DNA from: Candidatus Gribaldobacteria bacterium
GTDB lineage: Bacteria; Patescibacteriota; Minisyncoccia; Minisyncoccales; CG1-02-41-26
Direction of reading: 5' to 3'
DNA length: 46,285 nt
NCBI GenBank assembly: GCA_026396705.1
Contig: JAPLWE010000064.1
Coordinates: 1 to 46,285 of the forward strand
Both the position numbers and the translations under genes were made by a program. Shown here one piece after another: positions 9,328 through 17,891 of the stretch (within the stretch, counting starts at the first letter, position 1; each line of letters opens with the position of its first letter). Under the pieces are notes generated by a model that worked only from the letters and a program-made list of their open reading frames with translations, ran no database searches and was not told where the DNA came from.

Positions 9328-9337
9328 AGTAATCTTT

Positions 9338-9952
9338 ATGGATCATTCTGAAATTAAGAAATTTTTAGAATTGTTCGAAGCCAAAAGAAGTCGCACAGTA
9401 GTCGTGGTTGACTTTGGAAATGTGGAAAAGTGGAAAGAGAGTTTGGGGTGGCGTGTGGGCATACGAGAGCTTGCCGCTTTGGTTAAGCATTTTACTTATG
9501 GCCACCGTTTTTTGCGTCGTTTTTATTATGGAGCTGATTATGGTAAAGATGAAAAATCAACAGCACTGACTAATTGGTCAAAATACATCTTGCGTACCGC
9601 TGACCTAAATGGTTTTGAGGTTATTGATAAGAGGGTAAAATATATCCATAGTCAGAAAAATGTTTATGGTTTTGAAAAGAAATGTGATTTGGATGTCGAG
9701 ATGGCGGTTGATTTTATGCGTGAACGAGACAATTATGATAATATTGTGTTATTTTCTGGAGATGGCGATTTGGTTGCGGCGTTGAAATATCTCTATGAAG
9801 AATACAGTAAAAAAATAATAATTATGAGCGCTCGTGGTCATATTGGCTGAGAGATTATTGACGCAAAACGAGATAAAATTATTGAAGATATTCTTTATGC
9901 GGACGATTTTGAGTACCGGTTAAATATGGATAGGTTTCGCAAAAAGAGCTAA
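9338..9952 (+). pseudogene. NYN-domain (PIN-like) nuclease gene with an in-frame TGA at 9848-9850
   Basis: VVVDFGN, KCDLDVEMAVD and LFSGDGDL NYN motifs. The frame continues for 33 codons past the TGA (EIIDAKRD...ADDFEYRL..KKS) to TAA at 9950-9952. Confidence 0.75.
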
Positions 9953-10018
9953 AAAATCAAAAGCCCCTACCTTGCGGCAGGGCTTCGATCAAAATCCGTG
10001 TAAGCCAAAGCTTACGAT
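9953..10018 (-). ncRNA. Predicted small structured RNA convergent with the NYN gene
   Basis: Own promoter at 10022-10049, hairpin GTAAGC-TTTG-GCTTAC, then a GNRA-capped hairpin AAGCCCTGCC-GCAA-GGTAGGGGCTT followed by TTGATTTTTT. Ends are approximate. Confidence 0.55.
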
Positions 10019-10021
10019 TTA

Positions 10022-10063
10022 ATAATATCAAATTAAGCACGAATGTCAAGGATTTTATCCACA
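10022..10063 (-). promoter_or_regulatory. Antisense-oriented sigma70 promoter with upstream DnaA box
   Basis: Minus strand TTGACA (10049-10044), 16 bp, TATTAT with extended TG; TTATCCACA at 10055-10063. Confidence 0.6.
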
Positions 10064-10180
10064 AGCCCTAACCATTTTGTTGGCGCCAACAAAACGATAG
10101 AATTGATGAAGTATGATTTTGTGGAAGATTTTGATTATTTTGTAGCCTCCCCCCAATTTGGGGATGGATTTGACACTTAA
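10043..10180 (+). other. 45-codon micro-ORF or remnant carrying DinD-like and AntA-like segments
   Basis: MSRILSTSPNHFVGANKTIELMKYDFVEDFDYFVASPQFGDGFDT; contains the perfect 20-bp palindrome TTTTGTTGGCGCCAACAAAA (10075-10094). Confidence 0.4.
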
Positions 10181-10234
10181 GCAACAGGCAAAATTATTGT
10201 CGTTAAAAAATTAAAAAGATAACAAAAAAAATTT

Positions 10235-11077
10235 ATGGAGCAACAAATTATTGTAAAACTACATAAAAATTTTGAGGATTGTGTTCACGAAAAAGATGGC
10301 GTGGAGTTTTGGTATGCCCGAGAGTTGCAAGAACTTCTTGGCTACGATAAGTGGGACAACTTTGAGAATGTTGTCAATAAAGCAAAGATCGCCTGTGAAA
10401 CTGCCAATCAAAAAATTTCCGACCATTTTGCCGACGTCGGGAAAATGGTTGACTTGGGCTCTGGGAGTAAGCGAGAAGTGGCCGATATTATGCTAACCCG
10501 TTATGCCTGCTACCTTATAGCTCAAAATGGCGACCCAAGAAAAAATGAAATTGCTTTTGCGATGACTTATTTTGCTATTCAGACACGCAAACAAGAGGTA
10601 GTAGAACAACGATTAGCGCAATGGGAGCGTTTGCACGCCAGAGAAAAACTGACTATTTCCGAAAAAACTCTTTCGGGTGTTTTATTCGAGCGGGGTGTTG
10701 ACGGCCAAGGGTTCGCCAGAATACGGAGTAAGGGTGATTCGGCTTTATTTGGCGGATATTCCACGCAAGATATGAAAAACAAACTAGGCGTGCCTGATGG
10801 CCGGCCATTGGCTGATTTTTTGCCAGGTGTTACCATAAAAGCCAAAGATTTAGCCAATGAGATAACCAGTTTTAATGTAAAAAAAGACCAAGCATTAAAA
10901 GGTGAAACACCCATTACCTATGAGCATGTGAAAAATAACGAGAATATGCGCGAGATGCTGGCTAAAAGTGGTATTCAGCCCGAGGCCTTACCGCCCGAAG
11001 AAGACACAAAAAAACTTGAACGCAAACTAAAATCCGAAAACAAAAAACTGCCCAAATCCGCTAAAAAATTAAAATAA
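10235..11077 (+). CDS. dinD: DNA damage-inducible protein D (Bro-N-like)
   Basis: EFWYARELQELLGY..W.NF, DHF.DV.KMV.LGSG..RE..D.MLTRYACYLIAQNGDPRK..IAFA..YFA.QTR.QE, SKGD.ALFGG, RPLADFLP. Confidence 0.92.
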   Translation: MEQQIIVKLHKNFEDCVHEKDGVEFWYARELQELLGYDKWDNFENVVNKAKIACETANQKISDHFADVGKMVDLGSGSKREVADIMLTRYACYLIAQNGDPRKNEIAFAMTYFAIQTRKQEVVEQRLAQWERLHAREKLTISEKTLSGVLFERGVDGQGFARIRSKGDSALFGGYSTQDMKNKLGVPDGRPLADFLPGVTIKAKDLANEITSFNVKKDQALKGETPITYEHVKNNENMREMLAKSGIQPEALPPEEDTKKLERKLKSENKKLPKSAKKLK

Positions 11078-11123
11078 TAATAAAAAGTTGAGGAATATTT
11101 AAAAGTGTTAAAATATTAAATTT

Positions 11124-11915
11124 ATGTCTGAAGATGTTAAGGAAGAAAAAGAGAAAATCAGCAAACACAAGTTCTTTTTTGAATTACCATTGTATACACC
11201 AATTGAGCTTGGTGATCTAGAGAAGAGCTTTTGGGAATTTTTCAAAGGGGATGTTGATGCTTATAGTCCAGATGGATTTGATACTACTTATACTATTGCG
11301 ATCTGGAACCTTGGTCAAAGTGATAGTACATACAATGGTTATTATGCACTAAATCTTGAGTGTAAGAGAAAAGGAAACACTTTAGAATTTTTTATTTATA
11401 AAACAAATGAGGCTATTATGAAGGTCGGCCAGCTCTTATCGCTTGTCGATTTGCAATATGCCGAGATTGAGAAAAAATACGACAAAGTACTTCCTAGACA
11501 AGATTTACACGATCTAAAAAAGGCCATTGGGCTTATGACACACGGCGCAGGGGCAGGCTCGCTCGTATATTTAAGGAGAATATTTGAAAATATTATTTGG
11601 AATACTTATAAAGAATATAAAGCATCAATCGGAGTTGCTGATGAAGAATTTTTAAAAAAGCGGATGGATGAAAAGGTTGATTTTCTTAAAACTTTCCTAC
11701 CGAGCCAGTTAGTAGAAATGAAAAGTATTTATGGAATTTTAAGTAAGGGAGTTCACGAATTAACTGAGGAAGAATGTCTTACTTATTTTCCTGCGTTAAA
11801 GCTTTCAATTATTCTTATTCTTGATCAAAAAATTGAAGAAGATGCTCGAAGCAAGAAAGATGCGGAAACTAAAAGGGCGATAGCTGATATTGCCAAACAG
11901 ATAAATGGAAAATAA
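11124..11915 (+). CDS. Hypothetical protein with DUF4145/HEPN-like C-terminal domain
   Basis: GAGSLVYLRRIFE ... IYGILSKGVHEL pattern; sits between hsdM and hsdS. Confidence 0.5.
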   Translation: MSEDVKEEKEKISKHKFFFELPLYTPIELGDLEKSFWEFFKGDVDAYSPDGFDTTYTIAIWNLGQSDSTYNGYYALNLECKRKGNTLEFFIYKTNEAIMKVGQLLSLVDLQYAEIEKKYDKVLPRQDLHDLKKAIGLMTHGAGAGSLVYLRRIFENIIWNTYKEYKASIGVADEEFLKKRMDEKVDFLKTFLPSQLVEMKSIYGILSKGVHELTEEECLTYFPALKLSIILILDQKIEEDARSKKDAETKRAIADIAKQINGK

Positions 11916-13086
11916 AATTATACAAAAGAATATTCCGAGCGGGTGGCAAGAAGCGAATCTTGGCGATATCACTGACTTATATCAGCCCGAAACTATATCC
12001 AAAAACCAAATGTTATCAGCTGGGAAGTATTTAGTTTTTGGCGCCAATGGGGTTATTGGAAAATATAATAGATTTAACCATGAAGATTCAGAAGTTATTG
12101 TCACTTGTAGGGGTGCTTCTTGCGGTTCCATCAGTATGACACCAAAACAAGCATGGATTACCGGTAATGCCATGGTTATTAAAGTAAATGAAAATAAAAT
12201 TATAAAGCCCTATATATATTATTTTCTAAAAAATTCTAACCTGAACACTGTGATTTCTGGCGGTGCGCAACCCCAAATCACAAGACAGCCAATTTCGGCA
12301 TACAGAATATTATTTCCAAAATCAAAAACCGAGCAGCAAAAGATTGCGGGGATTTTGGGGGCGGTGGATGAGGATATTGCCAAAACCCAGGAAGTGATTG
12401 AGGCGACAGAAAAGCTCAAACGCGGATTGATGCAACAGCTTTTTACCCGCGGTATTGGCCATACAAAATTTAAGGAAACAAAAATCGGACAGATTCCAGA
12501 GGAGTGGGAGGTTGTAAAGTTATCAGAAATTGCACAAGTAGAGCGCGGAAAATTCTCACATAGACCACGCAATGCCCCTGAATTTTATGGTGGCGATATT
12601 CCATTTATCCAAACTGGTGATGTCGTTAATTCAAATGGTAAAATTTCTTTATACACTCAAACCTTAAATGAAAAAGGGCTGTCAGTCAGTAAATTATTTA
12701 AAAAGGGAACAATAGTAATTACTATTGCGGCAAATATTGGCGATACGGGAATATTACAATTTGATTCATGTTTCCCCGATAGTTTAATAGGCATTACTTC
12801 CTCAGAAAAAATTGATTCAATATTTCTTGAATATTATCTTAGAACCCAAAAAGAATATCTGAACAGTATTTCCACTCAATCTGCTCAAAAGAATATTAAC
12901 TTAGAAAAATTAAATCCACTTCCGATAATATTGCCAACAAAAGATGAGCAGAAGAAAATTGCCAACATTCTTTCAGCGGTTGATGAAAAAATTTCGGTTA
13001 ATAAAAAATTAAAAGCAAAACTTACCACGCTTAAAAAAGGCCTAATGCAGGATTTATTGAGCGGGAAAGTAAGAGTTAAAAATTAA
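11905..13086 (+). CDS. hsdS: Type I R-M specificity subunit
   Basis: Two TRDs, each followed by an EQ.KIA.IL.AVDE.I...LK.GLMQ.L conserved helix; IP..W....L repeats. Confidence 0.95.
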   Translation: MENKIIQKNIPSGWQEANLGDITDLYQPETISKNQMLSAGKYLVFGANGVIGKYNRFNHEDSEVIVTCRGASCGSISMTPKQAWITGNAMVIKVNENKIIKPYIYYFLKNSNLNTVISGGAQPQITRQPISAYRILFPKSKTEQQKIAGILGAVDEDIAKTQEVIEATEKLKRGLMQQLFTRGIGHTKFKETKIGQIPEEWEVVKLSEIAQVERGKFSHRPRNAPEFYGGDIPFIQTGDVVNSNGKISLYTQTLNEKGLSVSKLFKKGTIVITIAANIGDTGILQFDSCFPDSLIGITSSEKIDSIFLEYYLRTQKEYLNSISTQSAQKNINLEKLNPLPIILPTKDEQKKIANILSAVDEKISVNKKLKAKLTTLKKGLMQDLLSGKVRVKN

Positions 13087-13090
13087 AAAT

Positions 13091-13327
13091 ATGTTTAGAT
13101 TTAACTTAATAGAAAAAATAAAGCTGATATTTAATATCAAAGCATCGAACAGGAGAGCCGTTGATAGTAGGAGAGCCGTTGATAGTAGGAGGGCTGGTGT
13201 TTTAGTTGAGGGTAGAAGTTCCACTTTTGTAAATTGTAAAGGAATTGGGCCAGACGCTGGCATGATAGACAAAGGAAAATGTACGAAAGTAATCAATAGT
13301 GAATGGATAGCCACAGGAAAAAAATAA
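13091..13327 (+). CDS. Small hypothetical protein
   Basis: 78-aa ORF starting 4 bp after the hsdS stop; contains an in-frame tandem duplication. Confidence 0.5.
   Translation: MFRFNLIEKIKLIFNIKASNRRAVDSRRAVDSRRAGVLVEGRSSTFVNCKGIGPDAGMIDKGKCTKVINSEWIATGKK
13151..13191 (+). repeat. 18-bp tandem repeat
   Basis: AGGAGAGCCGTTGATAGT x2 plus AGGAG, encoding RRAVDS RRAVDS RR. Confidence 0.9.
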
Positions 13328-13468
13328 AAAGCCGAGGCATGGACAAGAAACCCAACCCCGACTTTAATGCATTTCTATTATAACCTACTTTAAGATTAAA
13401 ATTCAGCAAAACGATTTAGTAAAATGTCTAAAAACCCAGTATTTTAAGGCAAAATAAGGGCATTTACT

Positions 13469-13522
13469 TTACTATATCAGTGTAGTAATATAGTAGGTGG
13501 CGTTACTGTATCACTCTAGAAA
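13469..13522. promoter_or_regulatory. Paired 20-bp operator-like sites upstream of the AAA ATPase
   Basis: TTACTATATCAGTGTAGTAA (13469-13488, imperfect palindrome) and TTACTGTATCACTCTAGAAA (13503-13522), 16/20 identical. Confidence 0.55.
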
Positions 13523-13534
13523 TATATCAAATAT

Positions 13535-14968
13535 ATGGAAGAAATACTAAAATATGTCCAAAATCAGCTTGTTCAAGTCCCTTTTCGGTTACGGTCTTAT
13601 ATTCAAGACGAGCAGGGCAAAAAGTACCCTCAAAGAAATATCTATATTAAGGTTGATAAATATTTGAGAGATTTTTTGCATAATCCAGAAGCCCGAGATC
13701 GCTGGATTATTATTCCTGGCTTGCGTGGTGTTGGTAAAACCACAATTCTTGCTCAATTGTTTCTTAACCATTACGAAGAAGTCGGCCAACAGAGAATGCT
13801 TTATATTTCGCTTGATGAGGTAGTGAACGTTTTAGGTTCGTCTCTTAAAGACATTTTATCAGCTTATGAAAAAACAATCGGTGAAAGTTTTGAAAAAATC
13901 AATAAGCCGTTGTTTATTTTTATTGACGAAGCTCAATATGATTCCAAATGGGCGTCGGTATTGAAATCTGTTTACGACAGATCAAATAAGGTTTTTGTAG
14001 TTTGTAGCGGTTCTTCTGCTGTTTCTTTACAAACAAACCCAGATGTTATTCGTAGAGCGATTTTTGAGAAGTTATTTCCAACAAACTTTTGTGAATTTTT
14101 GATGATTAAGGAAAGCAAGTATCCAATCAAAAATTTAAAGAAAAATATTAAAGACGCCTTGTTCTTATCTAATTCGGCAAAAGAAGCTTATGATAAATTA
14201 AAAAATTACGAACAATCGGTATTCAGCTTTTGGTCACAGGTAGATCGTCTCTATATTGATGAGTACCTAAAAGTCGGGACTCTCCCATTTGCTGTTAGAA
14301 TCAAAGATGAAGTTCGTGTTTATCAAACCATAAATTTGTTGCTTGATAAGGTTATTAATCAAGATGTTCAAGGCCTTGGTCGTTTTGATCCAAAAACTAT
14401 TAGCTATATTAAGAGAGTTTTATTTTTACTCGCCGAGTCGGAAGTTTTAAGCGTGCAAAAATTAGCCAAAACCCTTGAGATTAGCGTTAACACGGCTTCA
14501 AGTATCCTCGAGGTATTAGAATACACCGAACTATTAATAAGGATTATGCCATATGGTTCTAACGCAAAAAAAGTAAGAAAACCATCAAAATATCAATTTA
14601 TGTCATCGGCTATGCGGTCGGCATTTTTATCGGTTGCTGGAAACTCACAGATGTTTGCTCAGCAAAAAGGCAGATTGATGGAAGATATTGTTGCTATGAT
14701 TATATATCGCGAGTTTGTTGCTAATAGTAGGGGCGCTTTAAATTATGATAGTTCAAAGGGTGGCGCTGATTTTATTTTAACCATCGCGGAAAAAAATATA
14801 ATCCCAATTGAAGTAGGCATGGGCGAGAAACTTGGTACGCAGGTTAGAAATACTATGAAAAAAGTTGGTTCGGCTAAGTATGGCGTAGTAATTTGTAGCA
14901 ACCCACTCGCATTACTGGAAGATGCCAATGTGGTAAAGATTCCACTTGATTATTTCCTTTTAATTTAA
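13535..14968 (+). CDS. AAA_14 ATPase with wHTH and DUF4143 (PD-(D/E)xK-like) C-terminus
   Basis: Walker A GLRGVGKTT, Walker B IFIDEAQ, SGSS, GRLME, ADFI...IPIEV. Confidence 0.85.
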   Translation: MEEILKYVQNQLVQVPFRLRSYIQDEQGKKYPQRNIYIKVDKYLRDFLHNPEARDRWIIIPGLRGVGKTTILAQLFLNHYEEVGQQRMLYISLDEVVNVLGSSLKDILSAYEKTIGESFEKINKPLFIFIDEAQYDSKWASVLKSVYDRSNKVFVVCSGSSAVSLQTNPDVIRRAIFEKLFPTNFCEFLMIKESKYPIKNLKKNIKDALFLSNSAKEAYDKLKNYEQSVFSFWSQVDRLYIDEYLKVGTLPFAVRIKDEVRVYQTINLLLDKVINQDVQGLGRFDPKTISYIKRVLFLLAESEVLSVQKLAKTLEISVNTASSILEVLEYTELLIRIMPYGSNAKKVRKPSKYQFMSSAMRSAFLSVAGNSQMFAQQKGRLMEDIVAMIIYREFVANSRGALNYDSSKGGADFILTIAEKNIIPIEVGMGEKLGTQVRNTMKKVGSAKYGVVICSNPLALLEDANVVKIPLDYFLLI

Positions 14969-14973
14969 TTTTT

Positions 14974-17886
14974 ATGAAATTCAATGAGCAGGTGACAATT
15001 GAGGGGTATATTATTAAGTTTATTAAAGATAAGCTGGGGTTTGAGTATATCAAGCCCGAGGAGTTTGCGGGGTTGAGGGGGCTGGAGAGCGAGTATATTA
15101 TTACCTCGCAACTTTTGGAGGCGGTGAAAAGAATAAACAATGTTGATGATGAGGTGGCGCAAACCGTGGTTCGGGAAGTTAAAAAAATTGATAGCAACCA
15201 AGAATTTTTGCATAAACTCCGCAATGGCATCAATCTTAAAAATCCAGCCACAGGAAACTTTCAGGATTATAGGTTGCTTGATTTTGAGAAGCCAGAAAAC
15301 AATCACTTTGTGGTTACTAACCAGTTTTATTTTGAGGGCAACGCCGAAAATATCCGAGCCGATGTGATGGTTTTTGTGAATGGGCTTCCCCTGGTGGTTA
15401 TTGAAGCCAAAAGCCCCACGGCTTCAGAAAGTGTTAGCTTTGAAAATGGCATTGACCAGATCAAGCGATACGAAAAAAATGCTCGCCGATTGTTTATTCC
15501 GAATTGCTTTAATATCGCCAGCGACGGCTTAAAAACTGTCTATGGGGCAACGGGCGCCTCCAAACAATACTTTTTTCAGTGGAAAGATGTTGAAATTGAA
15601 AAAGAGTTTGGGGGCGAGTTGGAAATGACGCTTTTTTCTTTGCTTTTCAAAGAAAATCTTTTAGATATTATTCAAAATTTTATATTGTTTGAAAAAGAAA
15701 AAGAGAAGCTGGTGAAAAAAATTGCCCGCTATCAGCAAATGCGAGCCACCAATAAAATAGTGGCAAGAGTTGTTACCAAAGAAAAACAGCAAGGCCTTAT
15801 CTGGCACACGCAAGGGTCGGGCAAAACTCTCACAATGTTTTTTACCGCCTGGAAACTGCGGTTTAATAAATTGCTAGCCAATCCCAAGGTGTTTATTTTG
15901 GTTGATAGGGTGGATTTGGACGATCAGATATTTGAAACATTTATCAATGCTGGGGGTAAAAATGTTGAGCGGGTTACTTCCAGAAAAGATTTAGAAGACA
16001 AAATACAAGCCAAAGCCAGCGGGATATTTATTTCTACTATGCAAAAGTTTTCCGAGCTTGGCAATAAAGTGGAAAATTTGGACGAGAATGTGATTATTTT
16101 ATCCGATGAAGCTCACCGAGGCAACGAAGGCGTGTCGGGCATCAATATGCGCCACGCGTTTAAGAAAGCGTTTTTCTTTGGATTCACTGGCACGCCAGTT
16201 GATAAAACCCACACTAACACTTTTCGCAATTACGAGGGAGAAGGTAAGCGCTATTTGGATTATTATTCTATCCAGCAGGCTATTGATGATGGGGCAACAA
16301 TTCCCGTAACTTATGAGGCGCGGCTTTCAAAATTTGCCATTGCTGGTGATAAATTAGACGAGGAGTTTGAAAAAATATCAGGCGACCTTTCAGACAAACA
16401 AAAAACCGAGCTAATGAAAAAACACGCCCGAAAGGCGGCCTTAGTAAAACTGCCAAAACGGATGGAAGCGGTGGCCAAAGATATTGTAGAGCATTACAAG
16501 CTTTATGTGGCGCCAAACGGATTTAAAGCGCAGATTGTGGCTTACGACAGAGAGGCGGTGGCTGGTTATAAAAAACTGTTGGATAAGCTTGTGCCAGCTG
16601 AATGGTCGGCGGTGGTTTATTCACCCGGCGACCCAAACAGCGACTCGGATGATTTAAAAGTTTATAACACCAGCAAAAGAGAACGCGAGCAAGTTATTGA
16701 GAAATTTAAAGATCCAAAATCGTCTTTGCGGTTTCTTTTAGTGTGCGATATGTTGCTAACCGGTTTTGACGCGCCCATTGAACAAGTAATGTATTTAGAC
16801 AAAGCGTTGCGCGACCACAATTTGTTGCAGGCGATTGCCCGCACTAATCGCGTGTATAAAAACAAAGAAGCGGGAAAAATTATTGATTATTATGGCATCA
16901 CTCGCAATCTTTACGACGCCTTGGATTTTGACGAGGATGTGGTTGATTCAGCCATGATTGATATTGAAAGAATAAAAGAGCGGTTTGTGAATGTTTTGAA
17001 CGATACGATGAAAATATTTATTGGCGTGAATATAGAAGACCCATCAATAGACAACTTACGAAGATGTTTGAAAATTTTTATTGATAATCAAGACAAGCAG
17101 AAGTATTTTATGGAAAAGTACGCCAAGCTTAAAAGCTTGTTTGAATTTCTATCGCCTGATCCATTTTTAAAGCAATATATTCGGTCGTTTGAATGGGTAA
17201 CCAGTTTTTACTTGGCATTTTTAAAAGAATTTCAAACCAGCCAAGATAGATACTTGCTTGAAGAGTATGGTGAAAAAGTAAAGGCGCTAATTCAAAAAAG
17301 CGATATTATTGATTACGAGGGCATTACCAAGAATTTTAGAGAGCTTCGGGTAGACGATTTATACACACTTGAGCGGCTAAAAGGAATGGACGAAGAGCAA
17401 AAAGCGCTTAATCTTGAAAAAATGCTTAAGCAGGAGATTTCCATTAACCTTGATGAAAATCCAGCTTATCAAAAGTTTAGCGAGCGGCTTATGGCCATAA
17501 GGCAAGAATTTGAGCAAAATCAGATTGATCTGGCTGAAAGAATTCGCCGGTATGAGCAATTAATGAAAGATATTAGAACAAAGGGGAACGAGGCCAAAGA
17601 AATGGGGCTTGACTTAAAAGAGTATGCTTTATATGTGATTTCGCAGGAGTTTGTTGAAGCCGGTAAAGATGAAGCGATCAAAGAATTTGTAAAAGAATTA
17701 CGAGTTCGCGTTGAAGATGAGCTTGATGCAGGTTGGCAAGAGTCCTCAAAGCGAGATGCGTTTATCAAAGATGTAAAGCAAAATTTGCAAGAGCTTATTT
17801 TGCGAGATTATAAGGACAGATTTAGCGTAAAAGATTTTCCAAAGTTCTTGAATAGGTTGGTAGATATAATCACTAAAAAGTTTTAG
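14974..17886 (+). CDS. hsdR: Type I R-M restriction subunit
   Basis: RAD...VNGLPLVVIEAKS nuclease motif, WHTQGSGKT, DEAHR, FTGTP, DMLLTGFDAP, QAIARTNR. Confidence 0.96.
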   Translation: MKFNEQVTIEGYIIKFIKDKLGFEYIKPEEFAGLRGLESEYIITSQLLEAVKRINNVDDEVAQTVVREVKKIDSNQEFLHKLRNGINLKNPATGNFQDYRLLDFEKPENNHFVVTNQFYFEGNAENIRADVMVFVNGLPLVVIEAKSPTASESVSFENGIDQIKRYEKNARRLFIPNCFNIASDGLKTVYGATGASKQYFFQWKDVEIEKEFGGELEMTLFSLLFKENLLDIIQNFILFEKEKEKLVKKIARYQQMRATNKIVARVVTKEKQQGLIWHTQGSGKTLTMFFTAWKLRFNKLLANPKVFILVDRVDLDDQIFETFINAGGKNVERVTSRKDLEDKIQAKASGIFISTMQKFSELGNKVENLDENVIILSDEAHRGNEGVSGINMRHAFKKAFFFGFTGTPVDKTHTNTFRNYEGEGKRYLDYYSIQQAIDDGATIPVTYEARLSKFAIAGDKLDEEFEKISGDLSDKQKTELMKKHARKAALVKLPKRMEAVAKDIVEHYKLYVAPNGFKAQIVAYDREAVAGYKKLLDKLVPAEWSAVVYSPGDPNSDSDDLKVYNTSKREREQVIEKFKDPKSSLRFLLVCDMLLTGFDAPIEQVMYLDKALRDHNLLQAIARTNRVYKNKEAGKIIDYYGITRNLYDALDFDEDVVDSAMIDIERIKERFVNVLNDTMKIFIGVNIEDPSIDNLRRCLKIFIDNQDKQKYFMEKYAKLKSLFEFLSPDPFLKQYIRSFEWVTSFYLAFLKEFQTSQDRYLLEEYGEKVKALIQKSDIIDYEGITKNFRELRVDDLYTLERLKGMDEEQKALNLEKMLKQEISINLDENPAYQKFSERLMAIRQEFEQNQIDLAERIRRYEQLMKDIRTKGNEAKEMGLDLKEYALYVISQEFVEAGKDEAIKEFVKELRVRVEDELDAGWQESSKRDAFIKDVKQNLQELILRDYKDRFSVKDFPKFLNRLVDIITKKF

Positions 17887-17891
17887 AGGTT

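Noticed and set aside
9848..9850. Genetic code 25 (TGA = Gly) suggested by the in-frame TGA in the NYN gene
   Set aside because: Several clear genes end in TGA with ATGA coupling to the next gene, and the long conserved genes contain no internal TGA.
13151..13191. Possible CRISPR or mini-array
   Set aside because: Only two adjacent 18-bp copies with no spacers and no cas genes; it is an in-frame coding duplication.
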